NCBI RefSeq assembly: GCF_963921235.1
Contig: NC_086097.1
Span: 156,056,001 to 156,120,000 of the forward strand
From: Mobula hypostoma
Lineage: Eukaryota
Direction of reading: 5' to 3'
Length of the DNA: 64,000 nucleotides
The notes beneath the pieces are model-generated. The model searched no databases, was not told where the DNA came from, and saw nothing but the letters and a program-made list of their open reading frames with translations. Each line of letters starts with the position of its first letter. Position 1 is the first letter of the stretch. A program made the translations under genes and the position numbers. This document shows, piece by piece, positions 50,178-63,410 of this stretch.

Positions 50178-51790
50178 ATTGGGCCTCAACTTCTGATTGA
50201 CCCTTGGACTTTAATTTGAACTTCCAATTGATCCGCCGGTGTTAATCCTCAGGAATGATACAGATTTCCCAATGACGACGCATGAAGACCCAGGCCTTGA
50301 GCTCCAGACTCACCAATGACGGAACCCTGAACACTAACCATGAAGCCTGGTCTCATGTCCCTCATACCAAGGGTGTCATTAGTTTTCAAATGGAACTTAG
50401 ATCCTGGATGACGTTGATTACTGCAGCCCTTGTCCTTACTGTTCTTAAGGCCCAACATCTGGATGTCCATGTCACTAACCTTCGAATCTTGAGCTGATGC
50501 GGAGACTCCGGCCTCTCTTCTAACTCCCCCACATCCCTGTCCCTGTAGCCTAAGCTGATATCCAAATCCCTTCTCAGCCTTTTTTTGCATTTATTCTGTT
50601 TATAATTTTGTTTGCTGCTAAAAAAAAATACCAAGCCAATATGGACAGGTTAGTCACAGTTTTGAATACTGCAGCAGAAGTACAGAATAGAATACACTGA
50701 CCAGGCTCACCTGAAGAAGGGAATTTGAAAGTGATATGTTTTATCTTGGTAGAAAATTACTTCGGTGCATGTTCACAAACTGTCCAGGGAGAATTGGTCT
50801 CTTATTTGTGTTATGAAACATGTTCAATGATGTTGAATGTTGCTTATATAAGTTGCTTATCATTCAGAATTCTATTAAGTACTTACTAGTTTTGATGCAA
50901 ATGTTGAGCCTATTAGTTTTGCTCCTGGTTAGATAAATAATAGTTAATTCTATTAAGGTAAATAAGCATACACAATGATGTTCTGTCATTAAAAAAGAAA
51001 ATGTTAGCTCTCAGATCAATTGAGATAAAGTGGGAATTTGGCCAACAAATGACAATCACTGGTGTGTATTTATTCTGATCGGAAGAGTGGAAGAAGCAAT
51101 CAGATTCTAAGCAGAGTATGAATGAAAGATGGGAGAGGCATCTTGTTCTGAAGATGAAACTATCAGCAGTAATAGGAGCAAACAGTCAGTGCAATGGAGC
51201 ATAAAGAGATAATACAGCTTTTGTGTGATGTGCACAGAATGCTCACTTACTGTAACTGGGATGTCTTGGGTTTGGCAGTCATTTATCACAGTAGATCACT
51301 TACCATTGATAAATCAATTCTGATTTATATTAATGTTAATGGAATCTCCAGTGGATTAGTTGTTCTAAATAACCAACCAGGTGATGTAGCTAAAAATCTG
51401 CTCTGTGGCTTCAAGTTTTGTAAGATTTAGGTAACTTCATATATTTAGTTAGCTCTTATGGGACATGGCGAAAAGGTGATGTTAATGAACATACGGAAGG
51501 GATAACATAAAAAATAATATTACATCAAAGCTGCAAAATAAACTGGATGGAAGTTTGTAATTAGAAGATACGTGTCTCATAACTACATTGTTTTATCAAT
51601 GGTCATATCAACCTGTGCAAAATATGTTTCTGCCTACTGATCATAATTCTACCATGGTAGAGGTAGAAATAGAAATAAATAACTAAAAGTTTTCTGATTG
51701 GAAAACCCCATTTGTTTGTTGTTGGTTATAGTTAGGATGTATGTTAGGATGAAATGATGCAGATTAATGGGACTGAGGGACGGTTGCCAC

Positions 51791-52487
51791 TAATGTTCAC
51801 TCTAATTTGTAATGACACAAATTTGTATACACAAAAATCTTGTTCTGTGCAATTGCCCAGCAACAACAACATGGACACACTGAATTTTTAAGTGGATGTA
51901 AACCTGAAGCTATTCTAAAGATAATAAACTACCAAGACCAGTTTGTTGTTCATTGTTTAAAAAAAATAATATAATACACATCAATGAGTCTTATTTCTGA
52001 TTTACTGTGACACCATGAAATATAATAACAATATTCTCACATGTTATTAAAGTTTTTTGAAATGGTCAAACAAAACATAAAATTTCAAAGCTAACTGACA
52101 AGTTCCTGACCTCATGAGCTTCTGGTGTAGCAGTTCTTGCTGTTTCATTAAGCCATTCCACTCTAAATGAACTAGCAGTTCTTCTGTGCTTCATACCATT
52201 TGCTTCTTTGGAATTCAACATAGTGAATCAATGATTTCTTCAACAAAAACAGTATAAATAAGTCATTTCTAAAATCTGCAGGCAAATCAATGCACACTCC
52301 ATGGTGTTGATGACCGTCTGCATCAGAAACCAGGAAAGGATATTTGATTGTGTATGATTGTGAAATATATTTAACATGCCAATGAGGTAGAGGGTGCCAA
52401 CCTTCTGTGCGCAGTTTAAATTCCCTTGTGTGCTAATTGCATAAGTTGTGTGTACTTCCACTTGTGCACCCCTTAGAGGGAACATTG
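51791..52487 (-). mobile_element. hAT non-autonomous element
   Basis: 15-bp TIRs TAATGTTCACTCTAA and TTAGAGGGAACATTG; 8-bp flanks GTTGCCAC/GTCACCAG; empty site GCTGCCAG in copy B (29973-29980). Confidence 0.88.
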
Positions 52488-52869
52488 GTCACCAGGGAAT
52501 AGGCCTACTTGATTCCATGGACTGAGACCTACTTGGAATTCTTCCTTAGTTGACAAGAAACATGCACTCACGTGTTGTGCAAAAGCTTACTAATGCACAC
52601 ATGTGTGACAAGCTAGACTGTATCTTTCACTTTATACATGAAACCTTCAATTTCAGTCAACATCCTTTGCTCCCTCTCTAATACTTTTACATCTGTTGTA
52701 TAGTGTGATGACCAAAACTGCACACAGTGCTATAGCTGTAGACTAATCAGTGTTTTATAAATCTGTAACATAATCCCCTTGCTTTGGAATTCCTTGCCCT
52801 GATTAATTAAGGCAAAACTGGTATGACTTCTTCATTACTTTATCTACATGTTGTTACCTATGCGTGGAA

Positions 52870-53760
52870 CAAGAACAAGAACGACAATGGAACAGTGTGA
52901 TTAATTTCTTTACTGAGTCATGTAACCCACTGTACACACTGGCAACTCTGAGTGCAGGGGTGATGAACCTATCCCACTGAGACAAAATGCATGTCCACTC
53001 GACTGCCCTGTGAAAAAGAGGGTGCCATTAGTGTGACTCGAGTTTCTATCATGCTGCTGTACCTGTGTTGGCCAGAAAGAATGACGGTCGACATATCAGT
53101 GAATTCAAATGAATCAAGGACAGTGGAAGCAGACAGACTAATTGACTTTGTTCTTCTCGTGTGCTTGGGGATGAGGCTGTCATTTTGTGTGCTTGACAAG
53201 CTAGGCTTGATCAATGTTTTAAAGAAGACACAATGATACTTCAGGTAATCTGCTGAACTGGAGATCATTTCCAAATAAGAAGTTATTTGTGAGATGTTCT
53301 TTGGTTGGATATAATATTTAGGTTTGTGAATGTTGGGGTCAGTGCCTGCCTGGAGTGATTTGAGCTTGTTGCTGATTGAGAACACAGAGCCATAAATTAT
53401 CGACTGTCACTTGATGGGAAGAGGGCAATAATTGGATGCTGACTTGGAGCAGAGCCAATAACAAGTGTTAAAGGACAGACACATAACCTGTGGCCAACGC
53501 CACTGGAATGCGATATTTGAATTGATAGGGAATAGATATAAAAGCGCATGCTTCTTGTGTGTTGGCAATGGTAACTTCAAAGAATAATCATCACAGATAC
53601 AAACATGAGCAGCCCTGCATGATGCACGTGCCGAGTGAATTGGGACTATGAGGAATGCCTGGCCAGCATAGACTCCTTTGCCTGCGTAATACCTTTGCCA
53701 TTCTTTGACTATTCATGAGAGTCTGGGATAACTAGTGAGTACGCACACAAAGTACTTAGA
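52870..53760 (+). pseudogene. Ancient L1/Tx1 ORF2 C-terminal remnant
   Basis: Plus frames give QWKQ, LDQCFKEDT..HFQIRSYL, LDADL and TCGQRHWNAIFEL in the order expected for L1 IWxQ, DLF..YLQIR, WExDL and CxRHxLIQFK. Confidence 0.55.
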
Positions 53761-54019
53761 GTATGAATTCACGTACTTGTTAGTTTAAGCAAAAAAAAGG
53801 TACTTGTCAGTAAATACAGATCTCTCTGTGTGTCACTAATTGCTGTTGTAAAAGGTATTTTTTGCACAACACCTTGCATGATGAAGACTGATCCAAAATG
53901 CTTATTGAGTTCATCCATTAGTTCTGTGTTCCCCATTACTACCATTTTTCAATGTTCACATATCCACCCTTGCCTCTCTTTCACTCTTGATATATTTAAA
54001 AAAAATTCATCTGCTATCC

Positions 54020-54425
54020 TCTCGTGAGTGGCCATTCATTGGTCAAGGTCGACCATGGATGTTGCGTGCAAGCAATCTACATTGTTGGTGTAGTGTTGTC
54101 TGTGGCTAACGAGACCAAAGTGAGAGTGGCCGTCTCTGTTGCAAGTTTGCATCTATAAATGGTCTCAGCTCTGTTGGAGATGCAGCGTTCCTTTCTATGG
54201 ACCTGTTTGTCTTCTGCTGCTTTCATGAATCTTTCCTTGTCTGACTTAAGGTGTTGTTTCAGGGCGCTTTTACATCTGGTGCAGTCAGCTGTAAGTTGCT
54301 CTCAGTACTCAAAGTTGATGCCCAGTGCCTTCATGCCCCACTTGCAGACTGTTGTGGGTGGCCAGCAGTTTTCTTGCTTGAGGCTAGCTTACTGTTAAGG
54401 ATGTCTTTTGGGTTGCGTCCATTCT
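54020..54425 (-). mobile_element. RTE (BovB-like) LINE 3' end
   Basis: MQNGRNPKDILNSKLASSKKTAGHPQ, then MKALGINFEY and a terminal zinc-finger remnant. Confidence 0.8.
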
Positions 54426-55035
54426 GCATGTGGCCACACATTTTAATTCTACATCCCATTCCCATTCTGATATGTCTATCCACGGCCTCCTCTACTGTAA
54501 AGATGAAGCCACATTCAGGTTGGAGGAAAAGCGCCTTATATTCCGTCTGGGTAGCCTCCAACCTGATGGCATGAGCACTGACTTCTCAAACTTCCGTTAA
54601 TGCCCCATTTCCCCCTCGTACCCCATCCGTTATTTATTTATATACACACATTCTTTTCTCTCTCTCCTTTTTCCCCCTCTGTCCCCCTCACTATACCCCT
54701 TGCCCATCCTCTGGGCTTTTCCCCTCCTCCCCCTTTTCTTTCTCCCTAGGCCTCCTGTCCCATGATCCTCTCGTATCCCTTTTGCCAATCACCTGTCCAG
54801 CTCTTGGCTCCATCCCTCCCCCTCCTGTCTTCTCCTATCATTTTGGATCTCCCCCTCCTCCTCCCCCTTTCAAATCTCTTACTAGCTCTTCCTTCAGTTA
54901 GTCCTGACGAAGGGTCTCGGCCTGAAACGTCCACTGTACCTCTTCCTAGAGATGCTGCCTGGCCTGCTGCGCTCACCAGCAACTTCGATGTGTGTCGCTT
55001 GAAATTCCAGTATCTGCAGATTTCCTCGTGTTTGG
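54426..55035 (+). mobile_element. Penelope element 3' end: GIY-YIG C-terminus, pyrimidine-rich UTR, hammerhead core (54899-54936)
   Basis: HFNSTSHSHSDMSIHGLLYCKDEATFRLEEKRLIFRLGSLQPDGMSTDFSNFR*; CTGACGA at 54904-54910 and GAAACGTC at 54924-54931. Confidence 0.92.
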
Positions 55036-55477
55036 GCATTTAGTTCCAAGTTTAAGGCCTATCTTAATTTTTAGTTACATTTCCTGTGCTGTAAATTGCA
55101 CTTAGAACCATGGAAGACCATAACACAGTAACAAGGCATTTGGCCAATAATCTCTGCGTCAACCATGATATCAAATATAACTAATCTCGTTGTCTGCACA
55201 TGATCTACATCCCTCCATCCCCTTCATGTTCATATTTGACTGATTGTCTCTTAAAACCCATTGTCAGAGAGAGCAATCAAAGTTTGACCAACCTCTCATT
55301 TATAGCTAATATTCTCCAATCCAGGCAGCATCTTGTTGAAAACCATCTGAACCTTTTCCTCTGCTTCCATGTTTTTCCTGTGATGTGCTGTCCAGAAAAC
55401 AACACAACACTTCAAATGCAATATAATTAAAGTTTCATACAGCTGCATTCATTGTCACTTTTGGTATGTGTATGTTA

Positions 55478-55895
55478 TTGCTCATTGTGCCCTTGGCATT
55501 TAGGGTAGCAATGAAGGACCTCCACCTCTGGTGGTTTTCAGGGATTTATTCATCATATCAGTAGCTCCCTCTTGTTTTTCACTACTGTCAGTCTTTGCAA
55601 GTCCTGAGTGAAGACTTAGGAATACCGTTGTATTCAGTGTAGAAAGATTCTTCTTTGCTGTTTCTGTAACAATTTTGTTTTACCAGTCAGGTTGTTAACC
55701 CTGAGCTGAACCCCTGAACCTGGAGGACTCTTGGACCACTATTAGTCGGGCCTTTGCCCCTTGACCTGTTTAACATGAATGACCCTACCAAGAGCCAAAG
55801 CATAAAGCTCTGAATCCAGCCAACATAGTTCTCTGGATCATTGAGGCACATAAGCCTTTAAACTCAATGGCAAGGTTGTGGTCCTCTTGGAAGTC
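55478..55895 (-). mobile_element. Non-autonomous RTE-type element with HDV-like ribozyme remnant at its 5' end
   Basis: Minus strand cttccaagaGGACCACaaccttgcc...ctatgttggctgg...ggtagggtca...GACTAAtaGTGGTCC resembles an RTE/Expander 5' UTR; RTE-like 3' end at 55480-55540. Confidence 0.65.
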
Positions 55896-55994
55896 ACTTT
55901 AGATATATTTGACATTAAAAATGATTTATAAATATAAGCTATTGTTGATATTGCTAATATATTAGACCACATTGTGTGTACTCTAGTTAGAGGT

Positions 55995-58900
55995 TGTAGT
56001 TGGAATTTGAATTGCGGCCAATCAGGGAAGGGGGACATAAGAAGAAGAGGTGACTTCACACAGGTCTGCGATTGAGATTAAAAAAGCAGCGCTTTGAGGC
56101 AGTTTTCGCAGTTTGAATTGCAGCCAATCAGTGAACAGGAGCATGAGAAGAATAGGCAACTTCACGCATGTCCACAATTGAAGATTAAAAAAAGCAGCTC
56201 TTCACGGCATATTTTGGAGTTTGAATTGTGGCCTATCAGTAAACGGCATTCATTAACAAAGCGAGTAAAAATAAGGCAGGAACAAACTTAATGTTCATTG
56301 TTGAAATGGACTTTACTAAAGTGCACCAGTGTTAGAGTGGGAGGCTTTGGTTTATGTTCATCAGGCTTAGATGAAATAAGGCTTGGACGTATCTGGTAAG
56401 ATTTTTTTTCTTCTTCTTCTTCTTCTTCTTTATTCTTCATTCCTCAACTTTTAGGGCATAATTAGAGAGGTGAGAATAACTTCAGGGGCAGGGGTTCATT
56501 CTTTGTGTAAGATGAGGGAATTCTGGGAGTCCACACTTACAGCCTCCCAGATAACCACATCTGTGTCACCTCAGAGAATGTGTTAAGAAACTGGACCTAC
56601 AGTTCAATGACATTCAGCTCATATGGGAGACTGAAGAAATGACAGGTAGGAGTTACAGGGAGGTAGTCATCCTTAGTTTGCAGGAGGCAGGTAACTGGGT
56701 GACTTTCAGGAGAAGGAAAGTAAATGGGCAGCCAGTGTACCCTGTGGCTGTACAATAAGTACACTGTTTTGGATAATATTGAGGGGTGATGACTCATTCG
56801 GGTGTATTCTGGAGATTTGCAATAGAGCAAATATTAATTTCAAGAGTAACCTGTCTTCAGATCTGAATGTGGATTGTCGATTGAATTTAAAATGCAGGTT
56901 GAAACAATGGACATCCTGGAGCTGTATTTTAGAGTAAATTGCAGACAAGGAGGCAGCGACTGGGTGTTGAGCAATGTTGCCATAGATGAGCCTGCTATGG
57001 ATTCTGCAGAACATAAATATTGAGCAGAAGACACCATGGGAGGATGACAACAAGCCGTGAGCAGTGTGTTAAAAGTAGAACGGTAACTGTACTCTGTAAT
57101 GAAGGCCGATTGCTGAAGGTAGATGACTGGTTGAATAGCTCAGAAAGGAAAAATATTGGGGAAAATAGATAGGAGTTACAGCAGAGACATTAGATTCCAC
57201 AAATTCGATGGCATGGCAGACTGAGAAAGAGAAGAAATTACACACAGCATTTGAAGGCAGTCACCCCGGCTGGAATGGGGAGTGAATACAAATGAGCTGT
57301 GCGCTTTCAGTGGTTGGGAGCAATCGAATGGACAGTCTAGAAGGGGGTGCAACTGGAGTGAGGTCCTTGCTGTCATTCGAAGAAAGATCACCCCAACCCT
57401 TCATGTACATCAATGAAAGGGTCTGAGACATTAATTCTCAAGTTTCTGACAATCTTTTGTCATGGCATAGAGGTTAAACTATTGACATCAGTTCATCCCC
57501 TGATGAAGGGTCTCAGCCCAAAATGTTGATTGTCTGACCTGCTGAGTTCCTCAAGCATTTTGTGTGTGTTGCTTTGGATTTCCAGCATCCTCAGACTTTC
57601 TCGTGAAGCTGAAAAGTGGGGTTGCCAGGGTAGCAACCTTTGATTGCTGACTCTGCTGTGTGCCAGTGAGGGTAAGAATAGAAGCATTTGGCAGATAAAT
57701 GCATGGCTGAGGAACTCATGCAGGGGGCAGGGCTTCAGACTGCTGGATCACTAGGATCTCCTCTGGGGAATGTACAACCTTGCACAAAAGGGATAGATTG
57801 CACTTGAACCCAAGGGGGACCAGTATCCTTGTGGGCAAGTTTGCTACAGCTGTTGGGGAGGATTTAAACTAAATAGGGAGGGATGGGAACCAGGGTGATA
57901 GGACTGATGATGGGCAGTTGGTTTACAAAGAAAAGCAGTGTGCAGTGAGATTTCTAGCAAGGAGAGGCTGACGATAGGTTAACGGGATGTTCAAAAGATT
58001 CAAAAGGTTCAAAAGTTCGTTTATTATCAAAGTAAGGCACTAAGGAGTGTGGTAGAACAACGGGATCTGGGAATACAGGTACATAATTCATTGAAAGTGG
58101 CATCACAGGTAAACAGAGTCATAAAGAAAGCTTTTGGCACATTGGCCTTCATAAATCTATATATTGAGTACAGAAGATGGAATGTTATGTTGAGGTTGAA
58201 TAAGCTGTTGGTGAGGCCTAATTGGGAGTAGTATGTGCAGTTTTGATCACCAAAATGTAAACAAGTTGAAAGATTGTAAAGAAACATTAAAAGGATGTTG
58301 CCAAGTCTGATGGATCTGTGTCATTAGGAAAAATTGAATGAGTTAGGACTGTATTCTTTAGAACTTGGAAGATTGAGAGGAAATTTGATGGAAGTATACA
58401 AAATTATGCGGGGTCTAGATAGGGTAAATGCAAGCAGGCTTTTTCCACTGAAGTTGGGTGGGACTACAACCAGAAGTCATGGATTAAGGGTGAAATGTGA
58501 GAAGTTTAAGGGGAACCTAATGGGAAAAATTCTTCACTCAGATGGTTGTGAGAGCTGCCAGCACAAGTAGTGCATGTGTGCTCAATTTTGATGTTTAAGA
58601 GAAGTTAGAATAGGTACGTGGATAGTAAGGATATGTAGGGCTATGGTCCCAGTGCAGGTCATTGGGAGTGGGCAGTTCAACTGACAGTGTTATCTTTGAA
58701 TGCACGCAGTATACAGAATAAGGTTGATGAACTGGTAGCACAGTTGCTGATTGACAGGTACAATGTTTTAGGTATTACTGGTTCATGGCTGAAAGAAGAT
58801 TATAGCTGGAAGCTTAATGCCCAAGGATATACTTTGCATCAAAAGGACGGGTGAGAAGGCAGAGGGGCTAGTGTTGCTCTGATGGTAAAAAATGAAATCA

Positions 58901-61830
58901 AATCATTAGAAAGAGGTGACATAGGGTTGGAAGGTGTTTAATTGTAGTGGATAGAGCTAAGGAACAGCAAGTGTAAAAATACCCTGATGGGAGTTGTATA
59001 CAGACCCTCAAACAGTAGTAAGGATGTGGTCTACATGTTAGAATGGGAGACAGAAAACACATACCAAAAAGGCAATGTTAAAATAGTCATGGGAGACTTC
59101 AATATGCAGGTAGATTGGGAAAATCAGTTTGGTACTGGATTCCAGGAGGCAGAATTTCCAGAATGCCAACAAGGTGACCTTTCAGAGGAACTCGTGGTTG
59201 AGCCCACTAGGGGATCAGCTATTCTAGTTTAGATGTTGTGCTATGAACTGGAATTGATTAAAAAGAGCTTAATATAAAAGAACTCTTAGGGACAAGTGAC
59301 CATAATATGATCGAATTCACCCTGAAATTTGAGAAGGAGAAGCTAGAGTCAGATGTATCAATATTACAGTAGAGTACAGGGAATTACAGAGGCATGAGAG
59401 AGGAGTTGTCCAGAATTGATTGGAAAAAAAAACACTGGCAGAGGTGATGGCAGAGCAGCAATGATTGGAATTTCTGGAAGCAATTTGGAAGGCACAGGAT
59501 ATATACATTCCGAAGAGAAAAATGTATTCTAAAGGTAAGATTTCACAATCGTGGCTAACAACAGAAGTCAAAGCCAACATAAAAGCCAAATAGAGGGCAT
59601 AAAATAGAGCAAAAACTAGTGGAAGTTAGAGGATTGGGAATCTTTTCAATACCAACCAGGCAACTAAATAAAGTCATTAAGAAGGTAAAAGTGGAATATG
59701 AAAGTAAGTTAGCCAAGAATATTGAAGAGGATACCAAAAGTTTCTTCAGATACACCAAGTGTAAAAGAGAGGCTAAAGTAGATATTGGACCATTGGAAAA
59801 TGATGCTGGAGAGGTAGTAATGGTGGACAAGTGGTGTTATGATGGACAAACTGAATAAATATCTTGCATCAGTCTTCATTGTGGAAGACACCAGCAGTAT
59901 GGTGGAAGTTCCAGGTGTCAGGGGTCATGAAGTGTCTGAAATTACCTTTACTAGGGAGAAGGTTTCTTGGGAAACTAAAAGGTCTGAAGGTACCTGAGGC
60001 ACCTGGAGCAGTTGGTGTACACTCCAGGCTTCTGAAAGAGATGGCTAAAGAGATTGTGCAGTCATCAGTAACGATGTTTCAAGAACAACTAGATTCTGGA
60101 ATCATTCCAGAAGACAGGAAAATTGTAAATTCACTCAACTCCTCAAGAAGGGAAAGAGGAGGAAGAAAACAAATTATAGGCATATTATAGACCACAGTGG
60201 CTGGGAAGATGTTGTAGTCAATTGCTAAGGATGTGGTTTTGGGATACTTTGAGGCACATGTTAAAATAGGCCATACTCAGCATGGTTTTCTCAAGGGAAA
60301 ATCTTGCCTGACTAACGTGTAAGAATTCTTTAAAAGAGATAACAAGCAGGAGAGACAAAGGTGCTCGGAAGCTGAAAAGTCTGTGTGTAGATAAGTCACC
60401 TTGACCAGGTGAACTACATCTCAGGGTTCTGAAAGAGATAGCTGAAGGGATTGTGGAAGCATCAATAATGATCTTTCATGAATTACTTAATTCTGGAATG
60501 GTTTTGGAGGACTGGAAAAATTAAAAATGTCTCTCCATTGTCCACGATGGGAGGAAGGAGGAAGAAAGAAAATTATAGGCCAGTTAGACTGACCTTAGTG
60601 GTTGGGAAGATGTTGAAGTCGATTGTTAATGATGTGGTTTCAAGGTACTTGGAGGCACATGGTAAATAATCAAAGTCAGCTTGGTTTCCTGAAGGGAAAA
60701 TCTTGCTTAATAAATTTGTGAGAAATCTTTGAGGGAAAAACAAGCAGGATTGACAAAGGGGAATTGGTTGATGTGTCCTTGGATTTTCATGAACCTTTAA
60801 TAAGGTGCCACACATGAGGCTGCTTAACAAACTACGAGCCCATGGTATTATATGGAAGATTCTAGCATGGATAAAGCAGTGGTTCATTGGCAGGATGCAA
60901 AGAGTGGGAACAAAGGGAGCCCTTTCTGGTTGGGTGCCGGGGATTAGTGGTATTCCACTGGGTTCAGTATTGGGACCAATTCTTTTTACATTGTATGTCA
61001 ATAATTTGGATGATGGAATTGCTGGCTTTGTGGCCATGTTTGTGGGCAATATGAATATAGGTGGAGGTGCAGGTAGTATTGAGGAAGTAGGGAGGCTACA
61101 AAAGGACTTGGACAGATTCGGAGAATGGGCAAAGAAGTGGAAGATGGAATACACTGTTAGGAAGCGTACGGTAATGCACTTTGGTGGAAGGAATAAAAGC
61201 ATAGACTATTTTCTAAACAGGGAAAAAATTCAAAAATCTGATGTACAAGGGGACTTGGGAGTCCTCATGTACGCTTCCCTAAAGGTTAACTTTCAGGTTG
61301 AGTCAGTGGTGAGGAAGGCAAAGGCAATATTAGCATTCATTTAGAGAAGACTAGAATATAAAAGCAAGAATGTAATTCTAGACTTTATAAGGCACTGGTT
61401 AGGCCTCACTTGAAGTATTGAGAGCAGTTTTGTGCCTCCCATTTAAGGAAGCTGATATGGGAGAGGGTTCAGAGCATGTTCACAAGAACAATTCTGGGAA
61501 TGAAAGTCTTATCATATGAGGAGTGATTGATGGGTCTGGGTCTTTACTTGCTGGAATTTAGAAGAATGAATGAGGATCTCATTGTAACCTATCCAAAGAC
61601 CTAGAGAGAGTGGAAGCGGAGAGGATGTTTCCTATGGTGAATGAGCCTAGGACCAGGGAGCAAAGACTTAAAATAGAGGGAATTTGCTTTGGAATGGAGA
61701 TGAGGAGGAAGTTCTTTAGCCAGAGGGTAGTCAACCTGGGGAACTCATTGCCACAGTGGCTGTGGAGGCCAAGTCATTGAGTATATTTAAAGAGGGTGTT
61801 GATAAGTTCTTGATTAATTAGGGTGTCAAA
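55995..61830 (+). mobile_element. CR1 LINE spanning 5' UTR, ORF1 and ORF2, decayed and mosaic, with nested inserts
   Basis: ORF1 remnants near 56480-56830, esterase at 57610-57870, endonuclease (GVVYRPSNS..MGDFN, 58987), RT (GIPLGSVLGP, 60805); nested Rex1 piece ~56840-57490, Penelope terminus 57495-57607, CR1 3' end 58030-58680. Confidence 0.85.
56006..56290 (+). repeat. Three ~107-bp monomers with CCAAT box at the CR1 5' end
   Basis: tttgaattgyrgccwatcag at 56006, 56112 and 56220; gattaaaaaagcagc repeated. Confidence 0.75.
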
Positions 61831-61832
61831 GG

Positions 61833-63410
61833 TTGAAGCAGGACATGTGGAAGTTATGTGCGATCCTGAGGGTCCATGGCAGCTGGAGAGGTAAGTGACT
61901 GGATTGATATGATGGGTGAGCTTGAAAGGTCCAATGAACAAGGTGAGAGCTTGCGGATTTGGTGTGGAGGGGCAGATCGCGGGTGGACAGCCAGACACGT
62001 TTACCAGACCAGAGTAGTCTGGCTGGGTGCTGATGGCAGTATGCCATTTGACAGCAGGAATGGCCCTCTGTGCCCTTCTCCAAACATTCCACTTGTGGTA
62101 GACCAGGACCCAGGTGGACAGAATCTCAACCATGGGCTCCTCCATGAGCAACAACAGGTGTTGGTAGCCATGAAGCACTGTGGCAGAGGTGGTGTGTAGA
62201 TTCTGGGGCAGCTCAGCCCAGGACAGATACTGCTTCCATGTCGAAGGATTAGAGGTGGCAAAGCATTGCAGAGACTACTCCACTTGCTGATTAGCTCTAC
62301 CTGACTGCAGATGATAACCATGGGACAATCTTACTGAGTTACAAAGGAGGAAACAGAGGCTCGCTAGAAGCGAGAGGTGAAGTGTGGTCTCCGGTCAACA
62401 CTATATCCTCAGAGAAGCTGTAGAAGTGAACTAGATGTTGAAGAACCAGGTCCACCAGCTAAATAGCTGATCGATGTTTAGTGAGGGCAATGAAGAGAGA
62501 CACCTTGGAGAACTGATCCACCACTGTCATGATCACCATGGCCCTATTGGAAGGTGGTAAATCAGTGATGAAATCCATGACTATGTGGGTCCATCAGTAT
62601 CAAGGAACTGATAGGAGCCACAGGAGCACAGAAGGGCTCTGCTGGAGGAATTGGACCAGGCATACTAAGGACAGGAAGCGATGAATTGACGTACATTCAT
62701 GATCATGTTGGGCCACCAGATCCAGTGTCACAGAAAATCCAGAATCTGTCATGTGCCTGGATTGCTGGGGAGGGATGAGGAGTGGGTGAATTGGAGTGCA
62801 TCAGAGGGCAAAGCTGCCAGCATCTACATGAGGTTTTTAGATGTGTTGGCAGCAGACTAGGTTATTCATGAGGTAGTGATTTGATGAAGGAGAAGAGAGG
62901 AGTGGCAATTTGGCTGTAGTCTCTGAGGAAATGGCGGCTGAAATTGGAGAATCCAGGAAGCATTTGAGGGAGCGCTGTTGGGCCCATTCAACAATGGCAT
63001 GCCATTTTTCTAGGTCCAGGGTAATACCTCAGGGTGAAAGGTCGTAACCTGGGATGGAGACAATTGGAATGTGGAACTGGCATTTTAAGGAGACGCCAAA
63101 GGACTGAACAGGTGTGCGAGGCTTGGTCTTGGGGGTCATTGGAGAAGATGAGGGTGTTGTCGAGGTAGGTAAACACATAGCTATGTAGCATGTCTCAGAG
63201 GATCTTATTAATGAAAGTTTGGAAAATGGTTGGACTGTTGTAAAGTTCGAAAGGCATCACCAAGTACGTGTAGTGGCCAATGGTTGTTTGAATGCTCTCT
63301 TCCACTCATCCTCCTGTCGAATGTAGATCAGTTTGTGCGCACTCCGTAGATCCAGTCTGATGATGATCTGTGCTCTGTGGAGTGTTTGCGAATGTGCTAT
63401 CCATCAATGT
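61833..63410 (-). mobile_element. Gypsy (Sushi/chromovirus-like) pol remnant: RT, integrase, chromodomain region
   Basis: YVFTYLDNTLIFS (62988..63191), WTHIVMDFITDLPPS near 62560-62595, FIGPFKLTHHINPVTY (61774..62178). Confidence 0.88.

Larger units (their letters stand above)
45770..52800 (+). repeat. Segmental duplication copy C
   Basis: Shares the anchors listed for copies A and B; carries its own Gypsy and hAT insertions. Confidence 0.85.

Noticed and set aside
11468..51310. Apparently conserved minus-strand splice donors (11472, 14038, 17362, 27577, 29502, 45838, 50707, 51298) suggesting a multi-exon gene
   Set aside because: Putative exons have stops in most or all frames and differ in length between copies; conservation is explained by the triplication. 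A spliced lncRNA cannot be excluded without RNA data.
52969..53760. Stop-poor minus frame (ORF 52969..53385 and upstream) with YWLC and RRTKS, suggesting a viral envelope gene
   Set aside because: The plus strand shows ordered L1 ORF2 C-terminal motifs, so the minus frame is better explained as antisense shadow; no fusion peptide, heptad repeat or transmembrane segment follows.
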